From Mobula birostris (lineage: Eukaryota): a DNA stretch of 64,000 bases. Numbering within the stretch: position 1 is the first letter of the stretch; the number at the start of each line of letters is the position of its first letter. The stretch is from contig NC_092400.1 of the NCBI RefSeq assembly GCF_030028105.1, forward strand, positions 24,448,206-24,512,205. Direction: 5' to 3'. Positions 37,701 to 50,165 of this stretch are shown here, piece after piece. Made by a program: the position numbers and the translations under genes. The notes under the pieces were generated by a model. It did not search any database. It saw nothing but the letters and a program-made list of their open reading frames with translations, and was not told the DNA's origin.

Positions 37701-38078
37701 GTATTCCTAACTTTTGTGTGTATATAAATAAGACATTTTCTTTATATTTCAAGAGAGATTCATGCACCTTGCTAAATAGAAGCCAAAGATAATGACAATG
37801 AAAGAGATGGGGCTGTCAGAGGAGAAGAAAGAAATCTTGCTCTTTACATCATGGGGAATTTGCACTGAACATTGATCTACCCAGATTTAATTTAATGGCC
37901 TGTGCATTCAGCGAGTAAAGCTTAAAAAAAAACAAATAAAGGTCATTTAATATGCCTTCCCACAGAAGCCTTGCGGTCAGCTTTTCTTCTGAGTTTGGGA
38001 CTGATCCAATCTTCAGTCTAGAAATAGGGACCTCAATTCCTGGGTTGTTTGTAATTTTAAAAAAAGATTGATCACTTT

Positions 38079-38507
38079 TGTTGTGTTTTGTAACTCTGAA
38101 ACATAAAACCAATTGATGCATTGATACTTGCACGGGGGAGTGGGGGAGAGAGGGCTTCTGTGTTCTAACTTTTTTTGTTATTCATTCTTTTGGAGTTCTG
38201 TTTTTCGGGGATGCCTGCGAAGACAAATATTTCAGGTTATAAACTGTATACATTCTCTGATAATAAACAGAACCACTTGAACCACTGAATTGAAAGAGAA
38301 ACACAGAGAGTCCAGAATGTGTGTGCTTAGTTTTATTTTACTTTCTACAAGGTGTGCACATATATTGTGGTGGCATGATGATGTACGCTATTCATGAACT
38401 TTTACATACTGTATAACCCATAATTAATTGTTTAAACAAAGAATGCTTTATCAAACAATATATTTACAATATTACTCAGATATTACTGAAATACTAAATA
38501 TATAATA
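38079..38507 (-). mobile_element. Gypsy-like solo LTR with a nested short retroposon (38117-38287)
   Basis: Perfect 5-bp TSD ACTTT (38074-38078 and 38508-38512); TGTTGTG left end; nested piece flanked by AATTGA on both sides. Confidence 0.75.
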
Positions 38508-38834
38508 ACTTTTAAATAGGAGTTCTTAAACACCAGTATTGTTAATGTAGATGAAAATTCAGGATACTCTAGCTTTCTTGATGGCTTTTAGCCGTGAAAA
38601 GGCTCTGCATAGACTCATTTGGTCTGTTTCACTACAAAATGACCTGCTGATCGTGAAGCAGGAAGAACCTAGTATGATTCTAGTGCTAATTCCTCTCTAT
38701 AGTTGCTATCTGACTTGCTGAGTTCACCTCGCATTTTGTGCTTTCAGCGTTGGATCTACAGAATCCCTTATGTTTAGGACACTGGATCTACATTTCACAA
38801 TGATCGGCTGATTTGTTCAGTAGGAATGCATCCT

Positions 38835-39330
38835 CTCAAGTGCATTGACTGATTTAGGTGCCAGGACAGACTGGAAAGTTTGGGTATGGGCTGGATGGAG
38901 GTGCTGGGTCCGGGGTCAGATTGTAAGGAATGACCTGCTATTTAGCTGATTTAAACGCTGGGCCAGATTGAAAAGATCAGGGTGTCAGGGCCAGAGGTGA
39001 GGGACGGGCCAGTATTAGGCTGCCTCTTGGTGAGGTTTACCCGTCTCCATGCTGAACCGAGGCTGTGGCCTATAACTAGTGGGCTCCTGGATCGGCTGTG
39101 ACTGGTTTTGAGCCTGTGGATTCACTTTTGTCAACTTCAGTTCTGAATGTTATTGCTTACTTTTACTGTTTGCACGATTTGCTATTTTTTCTGCACATTG
39201 GGTCTTTGACAGACTTCTTATTTTAATGGGCCTTATTGTTTTTTTTTGTTTTTGTGGCAGCCTGAAAAGAGATGAATCTCAAGGTTGTTTATAGTATACA
39301 TACTTTGACAATAAATATGCTTTGAACTTG
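38835..39330 (+). mobile_element. Non-autonomous Rex1-tailed retroposon with duplicated 5' sub-repeat
   Basis: CTGATTTA..TG..GG.CAGA.TG.AAA block repeated about 100 bp apart; tail GATGAATCTCAAGGTTG...AATAAAT...TTTGAACTT. Confidence 0.6.
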
Positions 39331-39434
39331 GTAAAGAAAAACATTGGTTTTATAGATCAACAGTCTTTAATTGCCCTGCAATGTCATTCATCTCTCCCAT
39401 GTTTATTTTAAAGTTATGGAATTCCTGAATTTAT

Positions 39435-39812
39435 GATGGCAGGGGTGAGATACGTCTCTACAATGCTTCCCCTCTGCTAACCTGTAGATCACCCTTGGGT
39501 AAGGTGTAATACCTGCTTAACCCCCTGATCAGAGTCACATGGAGCCACGGGAGCAGGTGGTGGATGGTCGTACGAGCAGCTGGTGCATATCACAAGTCCT
39601 GGTTATGCAACCCACTGACGCCAGGCAGACAGGCAGACAATCTCTTAAAAAGTATTGATGATGGCTGGGTCATCCATCTTGTAAAGACACTGCCCAGAAG
39701 AAGGCAATGGCAAGTCACTTCCGTAGAAAAATTTGCCAAGAACAATCATGATCATGGATACACCCCTGATGGCCTACGTCATATGACATGGCACATAATG
39801 ATAAAGATGATA
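39435..39812 (+). mobile_element. RTE-type SINE-like retroposon copy
   Basis: Same family as 4786-5183. Confidence 0.8.
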
Positions 39813-40958
39813 CTTACATTGTGCTTTCCTGAGACTACACCTGCTCTATTGTGCACAATTTGGTTCCCTCATCTAATATAAGTTTATATTTCCTATAGAG
39901 TGTGTGCTGTGAAAGTCCATCAGGCTAGATCTGTGAACGGCAGGTATGTCCTGTGGTAAGTGAATGAGTGGGCTAAACCTCTAATGTTTAAAATTTAGAA
40001 GACTGAGAAGTGACCAGTCTGATTTGTATGAAATTCTCTGATGACCGAATCAAGTAGCTATGTTCCCCTTGGCTGGGAAATCTAGAACTAGCTATCATTG
40101 TCTGCAAATGCTAGAAATTTAAAATCCACAGCAGCTCAGGTGGCCATTTCTCCCCCTACAGATGGTGCCTGCCCTTTGGATATTCAGCAGCAAACTATGA
40201 AAGTTATTTTATAGGCTATGGATAATGATTAATCCAGAGGTCAGGGCCTCACGGAGATAAGAAAGAGCAGCATCTATCTTTGTTGATTTTCATAAGGGTA
40301 TTTCTATTGTATATTGATCAGAACATCCCTATAGAATCACTCATCCGTTGAAGGTTGTTGATGTGAAAGAACAAAGGTTCTCTCTATTGGGAGATGCTCT
40401 AACCTTTGGAAGGACTGTACTTTCCAATCAAAGTCTCCTCCAAGCACGCCTTTGCAGTCAATGAGCCTCTGAGGACATTTGATCCACACACAAATATTTA
40501 CAGATATTGCCGTGCCTTTTGGGTAATTAATAACCCTTTGCAGTTTACTGATCAATATTTTGTTTATTGAAAGGGAAGATGAGAAAATAAATATAACTTT
40601 GTATTGCCACAATTCTTAAACGAGTTTAACTCAAAGAGATGTGAAATGGGATTGGCAGTGCTCTTTATATACGTCCTTCTGTCTCAGGTAAACAATGTGC
40701 CTTGTTATAAATAATGCTGTACTGGGGAGAGCTGACTGACTTCTATTAGACATTGAAAAGGTTTCCTTTTGTATTATGCAATCAGTTTCCTGGAACATCG
40801 ATATCATTGAGGAGAGGCAGAACTATCACAGCATCTCACAATATTTGTATCACCTCATCAGATGATGCCAACCCGTCATTAATAACTTCTCAAGGGTAGA
40901 CCTGGTCAGGGAGTGTCATAAGAGAAATGGGATAACCTGGACAAACTAGAAGACTCAC

Positions 40959-41210
40959 TGTTTCCTGTTAAATCGTTCCTGAATTGAAGCTTGCACGTGA
41001 AATTCTTCTCCTTGAATTTCTCCCCTTTTTGCCCAGTTGCTGGCATGGGTTGAACCAGCATCAGTTCTATCAAGGCTGAAGGATGCAACGGTCACTGTTA
41101 GTCCTGATACTTTTTCTGGGCTGCATTGAGGATCACTCCAGAGCAGACCAGCTGGTGAAGGTATTGCTTCACGGCGCTGCTCAGGAATAATTAGCGCCAT
41201 TGTGTGTCTC
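40959..41210 (-). CDS. Candidate host coding exon, gene unidentified (MALIIPEQRREAIPSPAGLLWSDPQ...QASIQERFNRK)
   Basis: Non-repetitive sequence; the open frame runs exactly to a consensus donor CA|GTGAGT; ATG in ACAATGG Kozak context; possible acceptor AATAG| gives 252 nt, phase 2-2. No homology recognised. Confidence 0.42.
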
Positions 41211-41698
41211 CTATTACAAACTGGGCCAGCTCTAGATCCTGGATGGTGTAATGGTGTTAGTAGAATGTTGTTTCCAACCAACTACTCATTGGTCTGGTAT
41301 AGTAGACCAAGAGAAATGAGAATACTGTGGCTTGTTTCAGGATGAAAGCATTAGGGATGAACCTTAAATTTTCTCAGACATGCTCGTTAGCTCATTAGAA
41401 TCTCTTCTGACTGATGCAAACTTCCAAAATTCCCACCCATTACCATCAAAGTAATCAATTTGCATCCCAACAAATTTCTTTGCATTTGTATCCTGTGCTG
41501 CCTTCAAAGAGCGAAGCAGATGACTTCAGCGTTCTTCGGTCTAAAGCCTTGGTGACCTCCCTAATGCAGGGCTGCGCAGAAAATTGCATGATGCTGCGTA
41601 TGTCCAGTTGAGGCACAAAAAGTCAGGATAAACGTTAATTTGACAACTGCTGAGGGGCACAAAAATTCAGAGTAATCACTACTTTGACATCCAATGCT

Positions 41699-41830
41699 AA
41701 GTCTTGAAGAGGTGTCTCAGCATGAAATGTCGACTGTTTACTCTTTTCCACAGATGCTGCCTGACCTTCTGAGTTTCTCCAGCATTTTGTGTGTGTTGCT
41801 TTGGATTCCAAGCATCTGCAGACTTTGTGT
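41699..41830 (+). mobile_element. Penelope terminal-repeat fragment, degenerate hammerhead
   Basis: GTCTTGAAGAGGTGTCTCAGCATGAAATGTCGACTGTTTACTCTTTTCC... Confidence 0.8.
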
Positions 41831-42188
41831 ATCAGCTTCATCAACCCATTTCTTTTCACCAATTGCTATTTCGTAGTGAAACATAGGCTAAAATAGTACA
41901 AACACACAGAAAACATCTGCCATAATACAAAAACATGGATTCAGACTGAATGTATTGGTGAAGAGATGGAGTTAGGGATTCATTATTTCTGGAAATTGTT
42001 CAGTAGGTTCCACTGATGTTTTGCTTTAAACAATTTGTGTATAATCTTAAGAACATGGCAACCAAATGCCTAACGTACTAATTCAGGAGGAGTGTAACAC
42101 AATTTACCTCAAAAAAGGCTGGATGGTTGAAGGTAAATATATCATCAGCCATTTGATAATCTGTGTTCCACTTTTTTTTCTGGGGGGC

Positions 42189-42435
42189 AGGCGGCACAGT
42201 AGCATATTGGTTAGCACAACGCTTTACGGTAGCAGCGACCCGGGTTCAATTCCTGCCACTGCTTGTTAGGAGTTCGCACATTTTCTCCACGACCGTGTGG
42301 ATTTCCTCCCGCAGGCCAAAGACGTACTAGTTGGTTTGTTAATTGGTCATTGTAAATTGTCCCATTATTAGGCTAGGGTTATAGGTGGTGTGGCCTATTT
42401 CGCACAGTATCCCTATAAATAAATAAAATAAATAA
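42189..42435 (+). mobile_element. tRNA-derived V-SINE (HE1-like)
   Basis: A box TAGCATATTGG, B box GGTTCAATTCC, V-domain, (TAAA)n tail. Confidence 0.85.
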
Positions 42436-42864
42436 TAATTTTTAAATGTTCTTTGAGTTACATTGTTCTGTGAAAGTATAGGTGGTTTGAGGCTTTTCTC
42501 TGGGAATCTCTATATCCAGGCTGTGAAAATTCAAGTACAACTTACACTTGTTTACAAACCTGCTCGTTATCAGAATAAAATGGGAAGTGACTTGACCAGC
42601 ACTTTCCAACAAATGCATTGAGAAGTCTCTGCATCTTCGGTATAAAGAAGGTGAAAAATAAAATGAAAGCCTGCATTTACATTGCACCTCACTGTGAGTT
42701 TCGAACATCTCAATGCACCTGACATCTTTATTCTTTCTCTATGAAACTTTTGTTTTAGCTTTTCGGCTGTGTGACTGGTCTTGGCTTTTGTTGTATAAAT
42801 TATTTTCTTACGAAATAAGCCTCCTGCCAGTTGCAGCCCCTACCTGCCATCCAATACATGGGAG

Positions 42865-43168
42865 GGGGTGTTTAAGAACAGAGGACACAGCTCATAATAG
42901 AGGGGATGGAGATGAGGAGGAATTTCTTTAGCCAGAGAGTAGTGTACCTATGCAATTCATTGCCACAGGCAGCTGTGGAGGCCAAGTCATTGGATATATT
43001 TAAGGTAGCGGTTGATAGATTCTTGATTAGTCAGGGCATGAAGGGGTACATGGAGAAGGCAGGAGATTGGGGCTGAGAGGGAAAATGGATGAGCCATGAT
43101 GAAATGGTTGAGTAGAGTTGATGGGCCAAATGGCCTAATTGTGCTCTTACATCTTATAGTCTTATATA
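42865..43168 (+). mobile_element. CR1 3' end
   Basis: AGAGGACACAG...GATGAGGAGGAATTTCTTTAGCCAGAGAG...; TCTTAT tail. Confidence 0.85.
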
Positions 43169-43771
43169 CGGTACAAAAAGGACTCATTTCAATTTTCTAA
43201 AGCAGAATTCTTGTACATACAATAAGAATAATGCAAACCACATCAGCATTCAATCATGCTGTTCATGAATTGCCTTGAATCTAGTAATGTAGTCTCATTT
43301 CAACAGTATTTAAGTGGATGATAATTACTTTGATGCCCAGAAGTGTAGGAAAGTAAGACATTAAGTAAGGGCTTTCTTTCTAGATACGCAGGACATTCAT
43401 TCCCTTGAGTGTGTTCATCCATTCAATTAGATTATTGATGATCCGTGTCTTAATCCCATCTGCTCATTTTGGTTCTGCAAACTTCAGAACCCTTGCCTAA
43501 TTAAAAATCTATAATTCTCCACATTGACGTTTTCATTTGTCTGGCCTCAGCAGCCTCTTGTGGGAGAGAGTTCTATGCTTTTCACGAAGAAAGGATCACA
43601 CAGTTCACTACCGAATGAACTCACTCTTGTATCAGATTAATGGGGGAGGATTGCATTCCTCGAAAAGAGCCTGCAGTGTGGTTTTCATTATGTGAAGCTG
43701 AGTCCTCGGCACATATTGTACATCAAGAAAACAGATGAAAGAAAACGAGCTTTTTTTTTACATGCACCAAA

Positions 43772-44738
43772 GGCATATTTAAGTTTGCCGATGACACCAC
43801 GGTCAATGGGCGAATCAATAGCGGTGATGAATTAGCATTCGGGGGGCGGAGGGGGTATTGAAAATCTGGCTAGGATGTGCTGCAACAGCAACCTCTCTCT
43901 CAATGTCAGCAAGAGCTGATTATTGACTACAGGAGGAGGAAACTGGTGGTCCATTCACCCATCATCAGAGGACTAGAGATGGAGAAGGTCAGCAACTTTA
44001 CAGAGGATCTCTCCTGGGTCCAGCATGTAAGTGCCATTATGAAGAAAGCACAGCAGCACCACTACTTTTTTAGGAAGTTTGTGAAGTTTCAGCGTGTCAT
44101 CTAGAACTTCAGTAGGTGTGAGTGGAGAGTAGACTGACTGGTTGCATCATGGCCTCCTGGTATGGAAACACCAATGCCCTTGAATGGAATAGCCTACAAA
44201 ATGTAGTGGATACAACCCAGTCCAACATGGGTAAAGCCCTCCCCATCATTGAGCACATCTACAAGGAGCAGTATCACAGGAAAGCAGCATCCATTATCCA
44301 GGAGCCCCACCATCCAGGCCATGTTCTCTTCTCATTGCTGCCATCAGGAAAGAGGTTCAGGAGCCTCAGGTCCCACACAAATCAGGTGCAGGAACAGTTA
44401 TTACCCCTCATCTATCGGGCTTTTGAACCAGAGGGGATAACTTCACTCACCCCAACACTGAACTGTTCCCACAACCCATTACTTCAATTTGAAGGAAATT
44501 GGTTTTCATGTTCAGTGGTTCTCATGTTCTCGATATTTAATGCATATTTATTTATACATTACTATTTCTTATTGTTTTTGCATTTGCAGTGTAATGTCTT
44601 TTGCACCTGGCTTTTCATAGATTCTATTGTGTTTCTTTGTATCCACGCTGAATGTTTGCAAGAAATGAATCCCAGGGTTGTATATGGTGCCATGTATGTA
44701 CTTTGATAATAAATTTACTTTGAATTTTCAACTTCGAA
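43772..44738 (+). mobile_element. Rex1/Babar LINE 3' fragment
   Basis: FKFADDTTV; ELIIDYRRRK; ESRLTGCIMASWYGN; HPGHVLFSLLPSGKRFRS; AATAAATTTACTTTGAA tail. Confidence 0.9.
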
Positions 44739-45018
44739 TGTTCTCACATAAATCATGTGAATTAATTTTATTCCAAATTTATTCCATCTCTCTGAATTCT
44801 GTAGGGCAAATTTCGGTTACCTGAATGGCTGTAACACAGGGGTCACCAGAATTTTCCCTTGTACTGGGCTCAGTTACCAGAATAAATAGCTTCCTTTCGA
44901 TTTAGGATCAATGAAGAAGGAAAGAATTGCAATTATTTCTCGTGCTTCAGGACCTTAGGATTTTGCACAGCAGGTTATAGATAGTGAAATACTTTCGATA
45001 TGTGGGTGCCCCCTGTTG

Positions 45019-47225
45019 TTCAAGGTTGACTATGGATGTTATACCCTAACTATTCATGTTGTTGGTGCAGTGGCTGACAAGATCAATGTGAGAGTGGCAG
45101 TCTCTTTTGCAAAGGTCACATCTATCAATGGTCTCATTTCTGCTGGAGATGCAGCATTTCTTTCTATGGGCCCATTTGCCTTCTCCTGGTTTCAGGAATT
45201 TTTCCTTGCCTGATCTAAGGTGTTGTTTCAGGGTTCGTTTCCATCTGGTGCAGTCGGCTGCAGGTTCCTGCCATGACGCAGCGTTGATGTCCATCACCTT
45301 CATTTTCCACTTGCAGACATGCTTGTAGCACAGTTGTGGGCGCCAGCGGTTCTCTTGCCTGAAGCCAGCTCACCATAGAGGATGTCTTTTCAGATGTGAC
45401 CATCCCGCGTGCGACAGACATGGCCCAGCCTACGCTGCATGAGCAAGGTGTGCACACTAGAGAGGCTGGCAAGAGAGAGAACCTCCATCTATGTCTCTCA
45501 ATGAAGTGCACAAAATGCGATGAAGGCTCCTTAAATGGAAGGCAATGAGCCTTCTCTTCTGCTTAATGTGCTGTTGTCCAGGTCTCTCTGTTGCACAGCA
45601 GTGTACTGGTGACACTGGTGCTGTACACTGCCACCTCTGTTTTGACTGGGACCTTGGAGTTCTCCCATACTTTTGTGATGAGGCAGGCAAGAGTTGTGGC
45701 AGCCTTTCTAATGCACTTGTCGATTTCTGTGTCCAAGGAGAGGTCTTCACTGATGATGTACCCCAGATACTCTGTATGTGAACTGAGGAACAACATCCTG
45801 TTTGCAGTTATCAACGATAATGGCTGGTGGTGCCTTCACATCTTATCCTAAGACCGCTTATGTGAAAGTGCTCCGAAGAGCTGCTGTTGCACTCTTCACT
45901 CCCCTTCGTTTTGTTGTGGAAGGATCTGATCATGCTCGGTAGACTTGGTGGGCAGTGTACCTTAGAGAAGGTCTGAACGAGCCCATCTCCGCTGACCAAG
46001 TCAAATGCTTTGGTGAGATCAATAAACGCAATGTCTTCTGTTCTCTGCACTTCTCTTGGAGTTGGTAGAGAAAATCATGTCCACAGTTGACCTTCCAGCA
46101 AGGAAGCCACTTCGTGATTCTGGGGAGACACGTTCTGTAGACTGTCAAGGTTTCTGGAAGACCCCCTCACTCCAGACACTGGCACCAGATGGACTTGACC
46201 CTGGTCCTTGGTAGCATGCTTTTCATACGTTCCTACATAGTGCAGACCGCCACACCGACCACTCGCAAGATCAGACTGCAGTCAAAGAAGTCCCATTGTG
46301 CTAAACAAGAAGATAACTCCCACATTGATGTCAACAAGATGTCTCACCCAGACCTGCTGCAGCAGTTTGCGAAGTCCTTCGAGAAAGAAGTGAGCACCCA
46401 TCATCCTGTAAACTCTGTTGCAGAGAAATTGGAATTTCTGCAGAATGCCATCTATAGCACAGCCTTAACTACCTTTGGGAAGAAGACCTTGAAAACAAAT
46501 AACTGGTTCAAAGCCAAATCCAAACAAGACGACACCCATCATTGAATCCAAACGTGCTGCTCTTGCCGAGTATTGGTATTCACCAAATGAGAGGATCCTA
46601 CATATCCTCTGGGCTGCTAGAGGTAAAGTTCAGCGGACGGAAAGGCGCTGTGCTGGTGAATAGTGGATGCAGTTTAGTGAAGGTGCCCAGACCACAGCAC
46701 TGACAGGCAATGTCAGGGGTGGGTGGAATGCCATTAAGAAAGCCCCTTGCCCGTCTCAGAGCAAGATGGCTCCCATCAAGTCCATAAATGGGGAGGTAAT
46801 CACAGACAGGCAAATAGATGGGGGGATGGATAGAATATGACTCAGATCTCTACTCCAGAGTGAACACTGTCATCACTTCAGCCCTGGATGCCATTAAGTG
46901 CCTGCTGACAATGGAAGAACTGGATGCAGAGCTCAGCAAGGCCATCCACAGCTTGGCCTCAGGGAATGCAGTGGGCATTGATGGGATTTCCCTAGACCTG
47001 ATCAAGCACTGCATGACCACCCTACTGCACCCACTGCATGAAGTCCTCTGTCAGTGCTGGCAGGAAGGAGCTGGACCACAGGATTTGAGGGTATCCAGGA
47101 ATGTTATCCCCTATAAAACAAAGCTGAGATAAGCAGCTGTAACAACTCCAGGGGCATCTCCCTCTTGAGTGTTGTTGGCAAAGTCTTGGCCCTTTTCTTT
47201 TGGTCCGCCTACAGAAGATGGCTGA
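45019..47225 (-). mobile_element. RTE (BovB-like) LINE with inverted 5' half
   Basis: 45019-46146 on minus: QLQEKCREQ, AFIDLTKAFDLVS, YLG..IS, C-terminal CDLCKRDCHSHIDLVSH. 46147-47225 on plus: APE end (RHWHQMDL), GIDGI, CWQEG, NSRGISLLS. CTGTTG on both flanks. Confidence 0.88.
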
Positions 47226-47234
47226 CTGTTGATC

Positions 47235-47750
47235 TGTTGGACTCCACTGTTTTGTTAAATGCTTTAAATAAGATATTAGATGAATTAATGTAAGAATAAA
47301 GTGGTAGATTAATCATACTTTGTACCTCTTTAACAAACTCGTGTATTTTTCACAGTAGTGGCGGTTAGTCCCCAATTAATGACAGAAAGCGGTATCATAG
47401 TTACAAAATGGTTTATCAACTTTCTTGTTTTTCATTGGCTAAGCATTAGCACATTACCCATATGATGTAATTGTGCAACCAATGATTGGTTTATTCTTAT
47501 CTAGAGAATTTCTCTTAACTCGATTATAAAGGTGACATTGTTTCAGAGGCGCCATCTTTTCTTTTTCTCTTCGCCTTCTTCATCTTTGCTTTTCATTGAA
47601 TCTCTGCTCATTCTCAGCTTTTCACTTAGTTTCAAATGCCTGTATCTTTATTTTAACTTTAAAATAAACAATCATTAAGAATTAAAACTCCTGTCCATTC
47701 TTAACTCCTGGAAGAATCCTAACAATGAGAAAAAGAGCAGAGATCCAACA
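47235..47750 (+). mobile_element. Probable solo LTR
   Basis: TGTTGGA...TCCAACA ends; CCAAT boxes, TATAAA near 47525 and AATAAA near 47663 in U3-R-U5 order; no clean TSD. Confidence 0.6.
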
Positions 47751-48154
47751 TAATGTAGTGGCTAGTTTGAGAATTGCGAGCTCCAATACGATAATAAGCA
47801 GATAAGCTATTCTCTGCATTGGTTGAGCGACAAACAATAGCTACATCACATCATTTACTGTCTCTAGATTTACGCACTGTTGCAATCCATGCATGTTGCC
47901 ATTTCTCCCCGTAACCATCCCATCACATATTCCCACCCCCCCGCACCATTATCTTACTTGTACACTAAATGTGAGGAAATTGTACTCAGCGCCTGCACAT
48001 CAGATTCTCTAATCTTTGTCAACAACACAGAATTACTTCTTCTGGCACTGTCTCAACATTTTCCAAATTTGATGAAAGATGATAATTTTGAAACATTAAC
48101 TTGAAATATTTCTCTTGGTAGCTGGATTACCAAGTTTATCAGAGATACAAACAG

Positions 48155-48690
48155 TCAAAATCAAAGACAAATTTATTATCGAAGTGCATGTATCTTGCCA
48201 TATACTATCTTGAGATTAATTTTCTTACAAGCATTTACTGTAAAGAAAAATAAAGAAATACAACAGAATTTATGAAAAAAGCTAGCCATAAACAAAGATT
48301 GGCAAACAACCAAAATGTAAAATAAGACAAATAGTGCAAATAAAAAAATAATACTGAGAATATAAGTTGGAGAGTCATTGAAAGTGAGTCTGTAGGTTGT
48401 GGAATTAGTTCAGAGTTGTGGTGAGTGAAGTTATCTACACTGGTTCAGGTGCCAGATGGATGTCGAGTTCCTGAACCTGCTGATGTAGGATCTCGGTCTT
48501 CTGTACATACTACCCAATGGTAGCAGTGTGACAAGAGCATGGCCTGGATGCTGGTCCTTAATGAGGGATGCTGCTTTCTTGTGGCAGTATTCTGCGTATA
48601 TGTGTTCAATGGTGTGAAGGGCTTTGTCTGTTATGGACTGGAATGTATTTGCCATTTTATGTAGACTTTCCTGTTCCTAGGCAGTGGTGT
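48155..48690 (-). mobile_element. Rex1/Babar 3' fragment
   Basis: KKAASLIKDQHPGHALVTLLPLGS..R; tail. Confidence 0.85.
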
Positions 48691-48727
48691 AAATTAGGTG
48701 GAGTTATACTATTGCAATAGTGTGGAT

Positions 48728-49093
48728 GGATTGCTTGTTCATTATGTGTCTGTCAATGACGTGGGTGATCATGGTCTTTCTGTGACCATGATTGTTCTTG
48801 GCAAATTTTTCTACACAAGTGGTTTGTCAATGCCTTCTTCTAGGCAGTGTCTTTACAAGATGGGTGACCCCAGCCTTCATCAGTACTCTTCAGAGATTGT
48901 CTGCCTGGTGTCAGTGGTCGCAGAACCAGGACTTGTGACATGCACCAGCTGCTCACACGGCCTGCTCACATGGCTTCACATGACCCTGATGGTGGGGCGG
49001 GGAGTTAGGCAAGGGCTACACCTTGCAGGCTAGTGGAGAGAAACAGAGCCTTACCACCTCCTTTGATAAAGATATATCTCCACCCCACCACCC
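48728..49093 (-). mobile_element. RTE-type SINE-like retroposon copy
   Basis: Same family as 21278-21660. Confidence 0.8.
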
Positions 49094-49739
49094 AGCTGGC
49101 TGGGTACAAATGTGAAATACTCAAGGTGGCTCAAGAGGAGCATAAACACCTACATGGATTGGCTGGACCAAATGACTGACTCCTGTGCCTTATATTCATC
49201 ATAATATTTGTAGACAAAGTGGACGGGATAAAATAGTGGCAAATGGATATCTAAGTAGAGCCACCAGGCTGGAGTCGATGCTGCCCCCCAGTGTTCACTC
49301 AGCAGAAGACAAGCTCTGTTGTGGTTGACTGCAGATTTCTGAGGCATTGATGGCTCTTGTCTGGAAGCTTTTAGTGCTTGGTTGCATCTTACTGATACCT
49401 TTATGTGCTTGCTATTTTTTTACATGCTATGTGTATAGAGTGCTGTGTGTGACTGTTGGTACTGTGTTTTGCAGCTTGACCCTGGAATAATGCTGTATTC
49501 ATGGCTATTCATGTATGGTAGAATGACAATTAAACTTGAATTGAATTGAAGTGTGAGGACATTGATTTTGAACTTGAAGGGGTTAAATTACTTCATAAAT
49601 AATGAACCTTAACCCAAATGAAAAACTAAATGCAACAGTGGAACATAATATGCTCGGGACGGGTACCAAAAATAATCTAAAAGGCTAATGGAACATTGAT
49701 CTTTATGCCTCTGTGACTGTGATGCAGACTCTATGGAAG

Positions 49740-50165
49740 GACTGATCGTTTTGGAGATGGCACAGTGGATGTTTCTTGGGATGAGGTATTTCAGTTATGA
49801 GGCAAGTCCGGAGAGCCTAGGTCTGTTTTTCCTGGAGCTATAAAGGTTAATGGGAGACATTATGGTGGGAGGGTCTCGGACCAGAGGACACAGCCTCAGA
49901 ATAGAGAGGCATCCTTTTAGAAGGGAGATGAGGAGGAATTTCTTTAGCTAGAGAGCGGTGAATCTGGAATTTGTTGCCACAGGTGGCTGTGGAGGCCAAG
50001 TGCTTACGTATATTTAAGGCAGAGGTTGATAGATTCTTGACTGGTCAGGGCATGAAGGGATACAGGGAGAAGGCAGGAGACTGGGGCTGAAAGAGAAAAT
50101 AGATCAGCCGTGATGAAATGGCAGAGCAGAATTGATGGGACAAATGGCCTGTTTCCATGATGTGT
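49740..50165 (+). mobile_element. CR1 3' fragments
   Basis: ACCAGAGGACACAGCCTCAGAATAGA...GAGATGAGGAGGAATTTCTTTAG; CR1 3' UTR. Confidence 0.8.

Noticed and set aside
41124-41150. LLWSDPQ resembles the PPP-phosphatase DLLWSDP motif
   Set aside because: The flanking residues and other PPP motifs (GDxHG, RGNHE, SAPNY) are absent; treated as coincidence.
42189-42262. tRNA-like sequence with A and B boxes
   Set aside because: It continues into a V-SINE body and (TAAA)n tail and does not form a full cloverleaf; SINE head, not a tRNA gene.
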